Origin: an uncultured Ruminococcus sp.
GTDB lineage: Bacteria > Bacillota > Clostridia > Oscillospirales > Acutalibacteraceae
DNA length: 64,000 nucleotides
Reading direction: 5' to 3'
NCBI GenBank assembly: GCA_964472865.1
Contig: CAYYLP010000005.1
Coordinates: 2,640-66,639, forward strand
The translations under genes were made by a program, and so were the position numbers. Each line of letters starts with the position of its first letter. Position 1 is the first letter of the stretch. Below, in pieces: positions 27,870 to 35,614 of this stretch. The notes under the pieces are model-generated. The model did not search any database. It was not told the origin of the DNA and saw only the letters and a list, made by a program, of their open reading frames with translations.

Positions 27870-28688
27870 TTACACCTCATTTAACAAAAAAACTTCAACG
27901 TCCGTTTTATCACGGCATTTTCTTTGGATTTCATTTTTCAAAGCCTCGGTTTCTCCACTGACCGTAACAAAAGCCTTGAGCCGTAAGCCATCATTTTTAT
28001 AATCAATTTCGATAATTTCAAGCTCATACGAGGCAAGAATTGCCCTCAGCTCATCCTCTGTACCCGTCGGAACATAATCCACGAGCTTTTTTGCACAAGT
28101 AATTATCGTTTTGATTGCAACGGCAACGATAATAATACTTACAGCAATTCCGCAAACCGCATCAACGGCATAGGTTTCGTATTTTGAAACAATCAGCGTG
28201 ACCAATGTAATCAGCGTGATGAACATATCAAGCATACAGTCTGTTTTAATCACACCGACAACCGGCGATTTCGTCTTTTTTTCATAATGCCTGTAATAAA
28301 CGTACATCAAGCCCTTTAAAGCCGCAGTACCGGCAATTATCCAAGCATACAGTGTACTGAACCATATCGGGGTCGGATACATCAGCCTTTCAAGGGAATT
28401 GTATAAAAAGTAAAGACCCGCTCCGATGACGGTCAAAGAGATTAAAAATGAAAAAAGCTGTTCTGTTTTTCTAACCGTTCCGCCAAAAGCTCCGTTGGAT
28501 TTTTCGACAACCGACAAAACCGCAAAAGTCAAGCCGCCCGAAAGCGAATCGAATAATTTGTTCACCGCATCGGAATAAACGCTTATGGAATTCGTACCCA
28601 GTCCGATATATAATTTAACGAAAAAAAGCACTAAATTGATAACGAACCCAAAGGCACAGGCTCTTAAAATATAATTTTTCTTCCGCAT
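27870..28688 (-). CDS. Cation diffusion facilitator (CDF) family metal efflux protein
   Basis: 6 TM segments plus a C-terminal cytoplasmic domain; SVYSDAVNKLFDSLSG-type TM2 motif. ATG 28688 is preferred over the track start 28733. Confidence 0.7.
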   Translation of the reverse strand: MRKKNYILRACAFGFVINLVLFFVKLYIGLGTNSISVYSDAVNKLFDSLSGGLTFAVLSVVEKSNGAFGGTVRKTEQLFSFLISLTVIGAGLYFLYNSLERLMYPTPIWFSTLYAWIIAGTAALKGLMYVYYRHYEKKTKSPVVGVIKTDCMLDMFITLITLVTLIVSKYETYAVDAVCGIAVSIIIVAVAIKTIITCAKKLVDYVPTGTEDELRAILASYELEIIEIDYKNDGLRLKAFVTVSGETEALKNEIQRKCRDKTDVEVFLLNEV

Positions 28689-28742
28689 AAAATCCACCGT
28701 AAGAATTATACCGCAAATACCTTTTAAATGCAACCTATTAAT

Positions 28743-28772
28743 AAAAAAGAGACGCTCGATTGAAAGCGTCTC
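28743..28772 (-). terminator. Rho-independent terminator after the TetR gene
   Basis: GAGACGCT / AGCGTCTC stem; T-run on the minus strand (plus A-run 28743-28748). Confidence 0.75.
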
Positions 28773-28799
28773 CTATAGTAACCACTGCTTCCGGTAATA

Positions 28800-29405
28800 T
28801 TATTCTTCAGAAGCTCGTCTCAATGCCGAGTCGATATTGCCCGTTATTGTCAGCTTAATCATATTGATAAGCTCACGGCTGGACATTCTTACCGCACCGC
28901 TTGTTTCAAGCCAATCCTGAACAACACCGCAAAGTGCCATTGCATAAAAATTGGCAATGAAGCTTTTGTAATGCTCGTCAACGTTGAAATCCTTGGATTT
29001 TCCTTCGATTATGTAGCCCAAGCTTTCCTTTAACCATTCGTAGACAAAATTTCCAAAATAGATATTCGCTTTTGAATTGAGAACACAGAGAATTTCGTTG
29101 CGATGATCCTCTATATATCCAAAAAGATCAACTATAACTCCGTTCCAAACGTCCTCGATTTCAATATCCTCGGAAATAAAGCTGCTTGAGCTTTTTTCGA
29201 TGAGCTGCTTTGCATCATTCTGATACATCCATTCGATAAGCGCGTAGATATCCTGAAAATGATAATAAAATGTTTGCCTGTTGACTCCGCACGCGTCAAC
29301 TATTTCATGTATCTTGATCTTATCCAATGTTTTCTTCTTCATTAAATCCCTCAACGACTCTGCCAGCATGAGCTTTGTCCTGTCACTTGACCTCTGATAC
29401 GCCAT
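28800..29405 (-). CDS. TetR/AcrR-family transcriptional regulator (DhaS-like)
   Basis: N-terminal HTH KIKIHEIVDACGVNRQTFYYHFQDIY; about 200 aa all-helical. AGGAAGTG RBS before ATG 29405. Confidence 0.75.
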   Translation of the reverse strand: MAYQRSSDRTKLMLAESLRDLMKKKTLDKIKIHEIVDACGVNRQTFYYHFQDIYALIEWMYQNDAKQLIEKSSSSFISEDIEIEDVWNGVIVDLFGYIEDHRNEILCVLNSKANIYFGNFVYEWLKESLGYIIEGKSKDFNVDEHYKSFIANFYAMALCGVVQDWLETSGAVRMSSRELINMIKLTITGNIDSALRRASEE

Positions 29406-29537
29406 TTTAATCACTTCCTGTAATTTGATGGTTAATATTTTATCATTCTTTTAGACATTTTTCAAGACAAACATCTATACAAAACACTATACAATATTTA
29501 ACTTATGTATAAAAGCCTGCCTTTTGCAGGCAAGCCT

Positions 29538-29978
29538 TCATAAAAAAACACGCATTTCCGCAGAAAAATCGCTTTCAATTTTTATAAGTCTTTTTGTCAG
29601 TTCTTTTGACGGTTCATCGGCAGCCTTGTATTTATTGAGGTATCTGCTCAAGGACTTAACGCCCATATCGCAGCCGTCAACCATCAAATCCGCAATGGTT
29701 TCATCGGATTTATCCGTCGCAACCTTGAACAAAGTCTTCATCTGCGACATTCCTTTAACAATCGGGTTGGGGTCCTTTCCCTCATCGTGATATTTGCCCA
29801 AAAGCTTTTGAACATCTGCATTAAGCTGCTGATGGTCATCCTTGAGGTCAACAAGCTTTTCCTTGAGCTTTTCATTTGTAACATCCTTGAGAACATCATC
29901 AATTGCCGCAATTCCCATCTTCACACCGGCATCACATTCCCTCAAAAGTCTGACTGTATCGTGTTCAATCATTATCAT
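29538..29978 (-). CDS. Hypothetical helical protein (about 146 aa)
   Basis: Charged, helix-rich ORF with a GAGGTG RBS before ATG 29978. Terminator hairpin GCCTGC/GCAGGC at about 29509-29535. No motif recognised. Confidence 0.55.
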   Translation of the reverse strand: MIMIEHDTVRLLRECDAGVKMGIAAIDDVLKDVTNEKLKEKLVDLKDDHQQLNADVQKLLGKYHDEGKDPNPIVKGMSQMKTLFKVATDKSDETIADLMVDGCDMGVKSLSRYLNKYKAADEPSKELTKRLIKIESDFSAEMRVFL

Positions 29979-30096
29979 CACCTCATTTTTATTATGCGTT
30001 TGCAAATAAAAATTATACCGAAAATGCTCATAATGCAATATAAAATAAAAACTTAAAAAATAATCTCTTTTTTCAAGAATTATTTTTATAAAAGGC

Positions 30097-30124
30097 TTGA
30101 CATTTCAAAAAAATGTGGTAGAAT
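30097..30124 (+). promoter_or_regulatory. Sigma-A promoter of tRNA-Pro
   Basis: TTGACA 30097-30102, 16-nt spacer, TGgTAGAAT ending at 30124, about 11 nt before the mature tRNA 5' end. Confidence 0.7.
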
Positions 30125-30135
30125 AATTCAGGTAT

Positions 30136-30211
30136 CCGGGTGTAGCGCAGGTGGTAGCGCGCTTGAATGGGGTTCAAGAGGCCGTGAGTTCGAGTCTCGC
30201 CACTCGGACCA
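30136..30211 (+). tRNA. tRNA-Pro (anticodon GGG), CCA encoded
   Basis: Hand-folded cloverleaf. Acceptor CCGGGTG/CACTCGG (C1:G72 as in bacterial tRNA-Pro); D stem GCGC/GCGC; anticodon stem CTTGA/TCAAG with loop AT-GGG-GT (G37); T arm GTGAG-TTCGAGT-CTCGC; discriminator A plus CCA. 76 nt. Confidence 0.9.
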
Positions 30212-30268
30212 AATAAGGTCGATAGTTTTGATACGAGAGTATCTGAAACTATCGACCTTATTCTTTTT
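30212..30268 (+). terminator. Very long rho-independent terminator after tRNA-Pro
   Basis: Perfect 17-bp stem AATAAGGTCGATAGTTT / AAACTATCGACCTTATT plus an inner 5-bp GATAC/GTATC, then T5 (30264-30268). Confidence 0.85.
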
Positions 30269-30318
30269 GTAAAAAATGCCCGTGGCACAAGGCTTTTTTG
30301 CCCTTTGGTACTTTGGGT

Positions 30319-30488
30319 AAGTTTCATTGTGAGCCGTGAGAGTGGAAATTTCCCCTCCTTTGAGTGCGTTTTGGGGCTATATAGCAAATTACGCTGAAAC
30401 TCTTCCTCTCAGAAAAGTGTCAGCGTGATTGAGTTAGTTTCATTGTGGGGAGATAAGTTTCATTGTCAGAAGAAAAGTGTCATTGTGG
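30319..30488 (+). repeat. Direct-repeat array, core GT(T/G)TCA(TTGTG)
   Basis: AAGTTTCATTGTG at 30319-30331. Four further cores sit at exactly 20-bp phasing: GTGTCA 30417, GTTTCA 30437, GTTTCA 30457, GTGTCA 30477 (the last three continue with ATTGTG or ATTGTC). One inverted TGAAAC at 30395-30400. Confidence 0.8.
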
Positions 30489-30932
30489 TCATAACACCCC
30501 GTCACTTCTCTGTTTTGAGATAGCATTGTGAAAAAGCAAACGATTGTACTCTGCAAGTTCGTGCGCATCATCTCTTGTAATCGGCAATCCGCAGGCAACT
30601 GATTGGAGGTAATAGACCAACTCGTTAGGATGGTACTTGATGATCTTCCAAATTCTCATTTCGTCTTGTTCGGAATAGTGCATCCAAGCTGCCGCAAGTG
30701 CTGTACTACGGCTTTCTCCGCTATCACAACAGAAGTATATCTCTGTAGCCTCCTTTTGATTATCCAAGAATGCCCGAATCTGCCTTGCTTGTTCAATCCG
30801 AAACGCATCTGATCTTGACTCATCTGTTACATCAGCAAAAGAAACATGGAGACATTGAATGTCCGTTAACTTTGAAGAGTCTATACTACCAGTTGTACAA
30901 AGTACTGCGGCGATACTGGAAGGGTCCTCCAT
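30489..30932 (-). CDS. Small Cys-based (CX5R) dual-specificity/PTP-like phosphatase
   Basis: 147 aa. IYFCCDSGESRSTALAAAWMHY matches the HCxxGxSRS-x5-AYLM active-site pattern of DSP/PTP enzymes (C69...R75; nt 30728-30705 hand-translated). Confidence 0.6.
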   Translation of the reverse strand: MEDPSSIAAVLCTTGSIDSSKLTDIQCLHVSFADVTDESRSDAFRIEQARQIRAFLDNQKEATEIYFCCDSGESRSTALAAAWMHYSEQDEMRIWKIIKYHPNELVYYLQSVACGLPITRDDAHELAEYNRLLFHNAISKQRSDGVL

Positions 30933-30977
30933 CTCTGCTACTACGATTTCTTTAAGGATTTAGCAACTGATTCGGTA

Positions 30978-32102
30978 ATGCAAAAGCTAAGGGAAACTGA
31001 AAAAGATGATGTCTCCCCGGCTATCACTATACCTTGGCTGGAGCAGGTCGTCGATATTGTTAAGCGACAGCCAATAGTTGATCGTGCGGATATCGCTAAA
31101 ATCATTGATGCACGAGAAGATGATAAGCTAAAGACGGGAATTGGCGAACTTTATGGTGGAGGGCCTACAATTCATGCTGGAACATATATAGGCGAAAATA
31201 CTGGAACCAACATTGCAACCCAAAATAATGTTCAGGTCAATGTTCAAAGTATTACAAACACTCTAAACGGCATTTTTGCAGCAACTGACGATCCTAGCAA
31301 GATGCTAGAAGGGTTGCGCTCGTTACCTCGACTCGATTCTTATCTGCCGCAACTCGGTTCTGGTGAAGAAAATCAAGAGATAACCGAAGCAAGGCTGTCT
31401 CGTGCCATTGATGGTTATGTTGCCGATTTGGAAGAAGGCATGGAAACATCAATTGAGCAGAGCGGCGCAACTCTTACCCCGTTGTGGAGTATTCTAAAAA
31501 TTTCTGAGGATGAATTTAACGGTTTTATGGACAAATATATGATTCCTCAATGCTTCCTAGAATCGTTACAGTTTGCCTATCAGCTAGGTTCGCTCTTCGA
31601 GAATGGTTCGCTAGGAAGAAATGCAACAGATATTGATTATAGTCCTGTTACAATTATGTATTGCAAGCTGATTGAAAGTATGTTGAAGGAATATCATATT
31701 ATTCCTTACAGCAAGGCTATATCCAGCGTTGAGACTGATATGGTCAATATTAAGCAGCGTCCGCAGAAGTATCTGTGGGGAGACATTCGAAAACTTCCAC
31801 AATATCAGCAACAAAAGCTGACAATAGGTTCGTTTGCATTCCCCATCGTCGTATCGAAGGGCGTGAGTTCTGCTGTGGTATCTGAAAATATTGCTGATCT
31901 CGCCACTGATACCGAAGGAACGACTGGTGAATGGAAACAGCACGCTTCGTTCATCAAGGAAATACGAGATATCCGCAATCCTTCCGCTCACGGCAACAAA
32001 AACCACCGAATAACAGAAGAACAGCTTAGAAATGTAACTAAGTTACTTATTGACGACGGAGGCTTTTTGAGGCTTATTCGATTAGTTAAGAAACCCATTT
32101 AA
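30978..32102 (+). CDS. Protein with C-terminal HEPN-like domain (predicted RNase), N-terminal region unknown
   Basis: 374 aa. C-terminal helical region ends with IKEIRDIRNPSAHGN (Rx4H, R333-H338, nt 31974-31991), the RNxxAH form seen in Abi/Swt1-type HEPN domains. Weak RBS, so the start is uncertain. Confidence 0.55.
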   Translation: MQKLRETEKDDVSPAITIPWLEQVVDIVKRQPIVDRADIAKIIDAREDDKLKTGIGELYGGGPTIHAGTYIGENTGTNIATQNNVQVNVQSITNTLNGIFAATDDPSKMLEGLRSLPRLDSYLPQLGSGEENQEITEARLSRAIDGYVADLEEGMETSIEQSGATLTPLWSILKISEDEFNGFMDKYMIPQCFLESLQFAYQLGSLFENGSLGRNATDIDYSPVTIMYCKLIESMLKEYHIIPYSKAISSVETDMVNIKQRPQKYLWGDIRKLPQYQQQKLTIGSFAFPIVVSKGVSSAVVSENIADLATDTEGTTGEWKQHASFIKEIRDIRNPSAHGNKNHRITEEQLRNVTKLLIDDGGFLRLIRLVKKPI

Positions 32103-32112
32103 GTCTACACGG

Positions 32113-32146
32113 TGAAAGGCAGAAGGGTTTTTACTTCTGCCTTTCA
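32113..32146 (+). other. Strong intercistronic hairpin (13 bp) without U-tract
   Basis: TGAAAGGCAGAAG (32113-32125) pairs with CTTCTGCCTTTCA (32134-32146), 8-nt loop. Followed by the GGAGGAG RBS of the next gene. Confidence 0.75.
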
Positions 32147-32169
32147 TCAAGCTTTCGGAGGAGAAACAT

Positions 32170-34875
32170 ATGGCAACACACAAGGAACTGATCACAGCCG
32201 GAAAATTCGACGAAAAGTTCAAGAGGGCTCTCTTGGACTACTATAGCTACGGCTTTAAATGTCTTGGCTCTTTTGATGCAAAAAAACATCAAACAATTTC
32301 GGAGGATTGGCTTCGCTTGAACAGAATCATTGCAGACTATATGAAATGGTCAGAGGATCACAATGATGTAATGTTTGCGAGTGAAGACTCCCAATCGATG
32401 GAAACAAACCCATTCCATCGAATTTATCGGTTTTGTAAATACAATCCGTTAACATATCCGGCGTACTTTCTGCATACAATGGCTGCCCTGAGCAAATCAT
32501 TTCAATTGCGTGGCGGCGTGGATGCACTCGGTCTTGATGACGACCAGCGAATACACCTGGAAGATGTTATTGAACGCCAAGAAGATCTAAAAACATCCGA
32601 TCTGCTTTACTTCTATACTGATAAACTTGCTCCATCTGCTGGGGACGATAGGAACAAAACCCCAAATAACAGACTTGCCGATTTGGAGCGGCTCAGGCTA
32701 GTATCGTGCAGACAAAAAGGCGGAGTGAAAGGCGGAAAAGGCGACCGGCGGTGGAGTTTGCCTTTATTTGCAATTGGAACGATCCTTGATGCTGGCAATA
32801 AAGTGAGTAAGGATTTTGAGCATCACTTGCACTCAGCACTGGATTTCTTCTCAAAGTATTATTTGCTTGGCGAAGTTGGAACTTTCCTTCTCGACCGTAT
32901 ATACAGCGATGATGTGAGTCCATTCAGATTTAAGCACGAATATTTCATGCAAGCACTGAACGACTTTAATATTGCCGATTTGCTACATGCAATAGAACAT
33001 AACAAGTGGTGTAAAATTAAATACCGGCACGGAATCCGAAATGCAGAAAGAGAAATTCTGTGCTATCCGCTTGAAATCCGTATCAGCAATATGAACGGTC
33101 GTGAGTTCCTTATGTGTTATGAGCCGTTTAAGCGAAGCTATACAGCTCTTAGGATTGAATTCATTGACGCAATTGAGTTTTTTGATGACAGTAAGGTTAA
33201 ACGTATTTTAGCACAAACCGGATATCATCTACTGTCGGAAACGGTCGATACTGATATATCCAATGCGAGAGAGTCATTAAAATACTCTTGGGGTGTGTCC
33301 AGTACAAAAGAACCAATTGGTAATGCTCAATCAATCGCTGTACCTCACCCGGTAAACTTCAAAATTGCGTATACACCTAAACAAGATTACTTCATCGTTA
33401 ATCGGCTGTACCGTGAATGCCGAATTGGGTATTTGGAAAAACCGGATGGTAGTACATACCTGCATTTCTCTGTCAACGTTTCTGACGAGACTGAACTTCG
33501 CCCTTGGATGCGGAGTTTTTACTCCAGAATTGCATCGTGCGATGGAATGGAGACGGATGCCTTTTCCTTGGATAATGATGTTGAGGATGTTGTTAGGGCT
33601 CTCATTCGAGACGAATTGCCCCCAAAAAGGCAAAACACACCCAAGAGGATCTTACCCAGATGGGAAATCCCTGATGATGCAAAAAACTTGCTCGGCTCCG
33701 GAGCCAAAGCACGGGAGCATGATTTGCTGTTCAACGAAGTTTTCTGTATCTATTACTACATTATTGCAGACGTATTTGTTCGGCTAAGCTCCAGCGCTAA
33801 GGAAAAATCGTACAACAAGCAGGAAATTCTTCAGGCAATTGAGGATTCATTCAATAAGTTTTACCTTTTGATAGGTCAAGAAACGGAATCTCTTCTACCA
33901 GATGAAATTTTGAAATTGTTAATTGATGGAGGTTTCCTTGAAAGGATCGATAGAGCTATCCCCGGTGCTTACGAAACTGTGAGAAACGATGCCGGAACGG
34001 GGTATGTCAAGCGTCAGAAAACAGAGAAAGCTTATGTTTCTAAGTATGTCTGTGCTCCTGATGTCGAATTGTATCGGGATGTTGTGCCCCTTACCACATT
34101 GGAGCTTCGTTGGCTAAAGACGATTGTCAGAGATCAAAAGATGAAACTGTTCTTCTCCAAGGACGAAATTACTCTGTTGCAAAATCTACTAGATGAAAAC
34201 GCACCGAGTATAAAGGCACTCCCGATGAATAAGGTGGTATTTTTTGATCGATTCCGTTTCACTGAAAAGAACGCAAGACGAGAAGCCGCTGTGCTTGCAA
34301 AAATCTTAGAAGGAATCTATGATCAAAGAACGGTTCGCCTGAAATACCACACCAATCAAAAAGGCCCCAGACGCGGAGAGTTCAGACCGATTGTATTAGA
34401 GTTCTCTAAGCGCAATAATCGTTTCCAGGGGTACTTCCAGAATTGTAAAACCAATGCGATTCTTACCATTAACATAGCTCAAATTGAAACAGCGACCGAA
34501 ACGAGCACTGCCTTTGATTACTCCGCTGCAGAAATTGCATTGGCAGATTACAGAAAAAATAACACGACATCGGTTGAAATTGAGTTCTCAAATGTCAAAA
34601 ACATTGTAGATCGTATTTTGACTGAGTTTTCCCCGTGGGAAAAGCGATGTTCTTATGATGCCAAAACAAGAAGGTACAGGCTAACCATCTTCTATCAGAA
34701 ACCGGATGAATTAGACCTTGTAGTCCGGCTGTTGGGGTATGGATCCTATCTTCGTTTTGTTGATAAAGAACATCCGATTTTCAAGGAAATACAGTTGCGA
34801 ATGACGAAGCAAATGGAACTGATTGAGGAGCGTCGCAAAAACAGCAATGTACAAGAGCCTGGTGATAACAGATGA
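32170..34875 (+). CDS. Fused double HTH-WYL-WCX protein (PafB/PafC-like tandem WYL-domain sensor/regulator)
   Basis: 901 aa. Two WYL-like beta-barrel segments: aa about 268-338 (WCKIKYRHG...GREFLMCYEP...ALRIEFIDAIE) and aa about 708-776 (TVRLKYHT...FRPIVLEF...NRFQGYFQ...ILTINIAQIE). Each is followed by a WCX-like segment (ELRPWMRSFYSRI; LVVRLLGYGSYLRFVDKEHPIFKEI). Strong RBS. Confidence 0.55.
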   Translation: MATHKELITAGKFDEKFKRALLDYYSYGFKCLGSFDAKKHQTISEDWLRLNRIIADYMKWSEDHNDVMFASEDSQSMETNPFHRIYRFCKYNPLTYPAYFLHTMAALSKSFQLRGGVDALGLDDDQRIHLEDVIERQEDLKTSDLLYFYTDKLAPSAGDDRNKTPNNRLADLERLRLVSCRQKGGVKGGKGDRRWSLPLFAIGTILDAGNKVSKDFEHHLHSALDFFSKYYLLGEVGTFLLDRIYSDDVSPFRFKHEYFMQALNDFNIADLLHAIEHNKWCKIKYRHGIRNAEREILCYPLEIRISNMNGREFLMCYEPFKRSYTALRIEFIDAIEFFDDSKVKRILAQTGYHLLSETVDTDISNARESLKYSWGVSSTKEPIGNAQSIAVPHPVNFKIAYTPKQDYFIVNRLYRECRIGYLEKPDGSTYLHFSVNVSDETELRPWMRSFYSRIASCDGMETDAFSLDNDVEDVVRALIRDELPPKRQNTPKRILPRWEIPDDAKNLLGSGAKAREHDLLFNEVFCIYYYIIADVFVRLSSSAKEKSYNKQEILQAIEDSFNKFYLLIGQETESLLPDEILKLLIDGGFLERIDRAIPGAYETVRNDAGTGYVKRQKTEKAYVSKYVCAPDVELYRDVVPLTTLELRWLKTIVRDQKMKLFFSKDEITLLQNLLDENAPSIKALPMNKVVFFDRFRFTEKNARREAAVLAKILEGIYDQRTVRLKYHTNQKGPRRGEFRPIVLEFSKRNNRFQGYFQNCKTNAILTINIAQIETATETSTAFDYSAAEIALADYRKNNTTSVEIEFSNVKNIVDRILTEFSPWEKRCSYDAKTRRYRLTIFYQKPDELDLVVRLLGYGSYLRFVDKEHPIFKEIQLRMTKQMELIEERRKNSNVQEPGDNR

Positions 34876-35591
34876 TAGACAGAATTGAATTCGAAATTTC
34901 ACTCAAATCGCCTATTCAATTTTGGGGTAACATGAGTAAAGCGAATGTCAATCGGCTGCTGGGTCCAGAGGTTGCACAAATGATTAAATACAACCAAAAC
35001 AACCCGCATCACTGCTATGATTTATTTCTGCATACTCTCCATACAGTGGAGAATCTGGGCAATAGCGCATCAGATGCCCTGCGAATTGCAGCCTTTTTCC
35101 ACGACATAGGAAAACCTTTTGTTGCTACCCCAAAACACAACAGAACCGTCTTCTATGGTCATGCTAACAAATCTGCAGAGATTGCGCATCAGCTTTTACT
35201 GCGAATGGGATATGCTTTGTCCGAGATTGAGCGAGTCTGTTTTTTCATCAAGCATCACGATGACTTTATATCTTGGGTGCTCCCTTCTGAACCCTATGAT
35301 AGAAGCAACCCATATTTGATTGAGATTTCACCACCAAACTTAAAAACGCATATTGTTGAAACGATGAAAGATTATACGTGTTTTGAGACAAATGAAATCC
35401 ATCAAGTGTGGGGGAACCTACTTCTTTTATGTCGTGCTGATACATCGGCGCAAACAGATAAGGTTTATCGAGGCAGGATCGTAATTGATTCGAAGGTACA
35501 TAAGCTAAAGAAAATCGAATTCATAGAACAGGCACTTGCATCATTGACTTTCTCGAATATGTACCCTTTATGTCATGACGGTGGAGAATGA
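34872..35591 (+). CDS. HD-domain phosphohydrolase (CCA-enzyme/2',3'-cyclic phosphodiesterase-like HD)
   Basis: 239 aa. H...HD...H...HHD pattern: HHCYDLFLHTLHTV, AAFFHDIGKP (HD at nt 35100-35105), YGHANKSAEIA, IKHHDD. The ATGA start/stop overlaps the WYL gene. Confidence 0.7.
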   Translation: MIDRIEFEISLKSPIQFWGNMSKANVNRLLGPEVAQMIKYNQNNPHHCYDLFLHTLHTVENLGNSASDALRIAAFFHDIGKPFVATPKHNRTVFYGHANKSAEIAHQLLLRMGYALSEIERVCFFIKHHDDFISWVLPSEPYDRSNPYLIEISPPNLKTHIVETMKDYTCFETNEIHQVWGNLLLLCRADTSAQTDKVYRGRIVIDSKVHKLKKIEFIEQALASLTFSNMYPLCHDGGE

Positions 35592-35614
35592 CTATTTTAG
35601 AACCCGATTCGGTG

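Noticed and set aside
30073-30387. 104-aa minus-strand ORF overlapping tRNA-Pro and its terminator.
   Set aside because: It covers a well-folded tRNA, a 17-bp terminator stem and part of the repeat array. It is not plausibly coding.
30319-30488. CRISPR-like array idea for the GTTTCATTGTG repeats.
   Set aside because: The repeat units are only about 11-13 nt, with 20-bp periodicity and no spacers of CRISPR size. There are no cas genes in the window.
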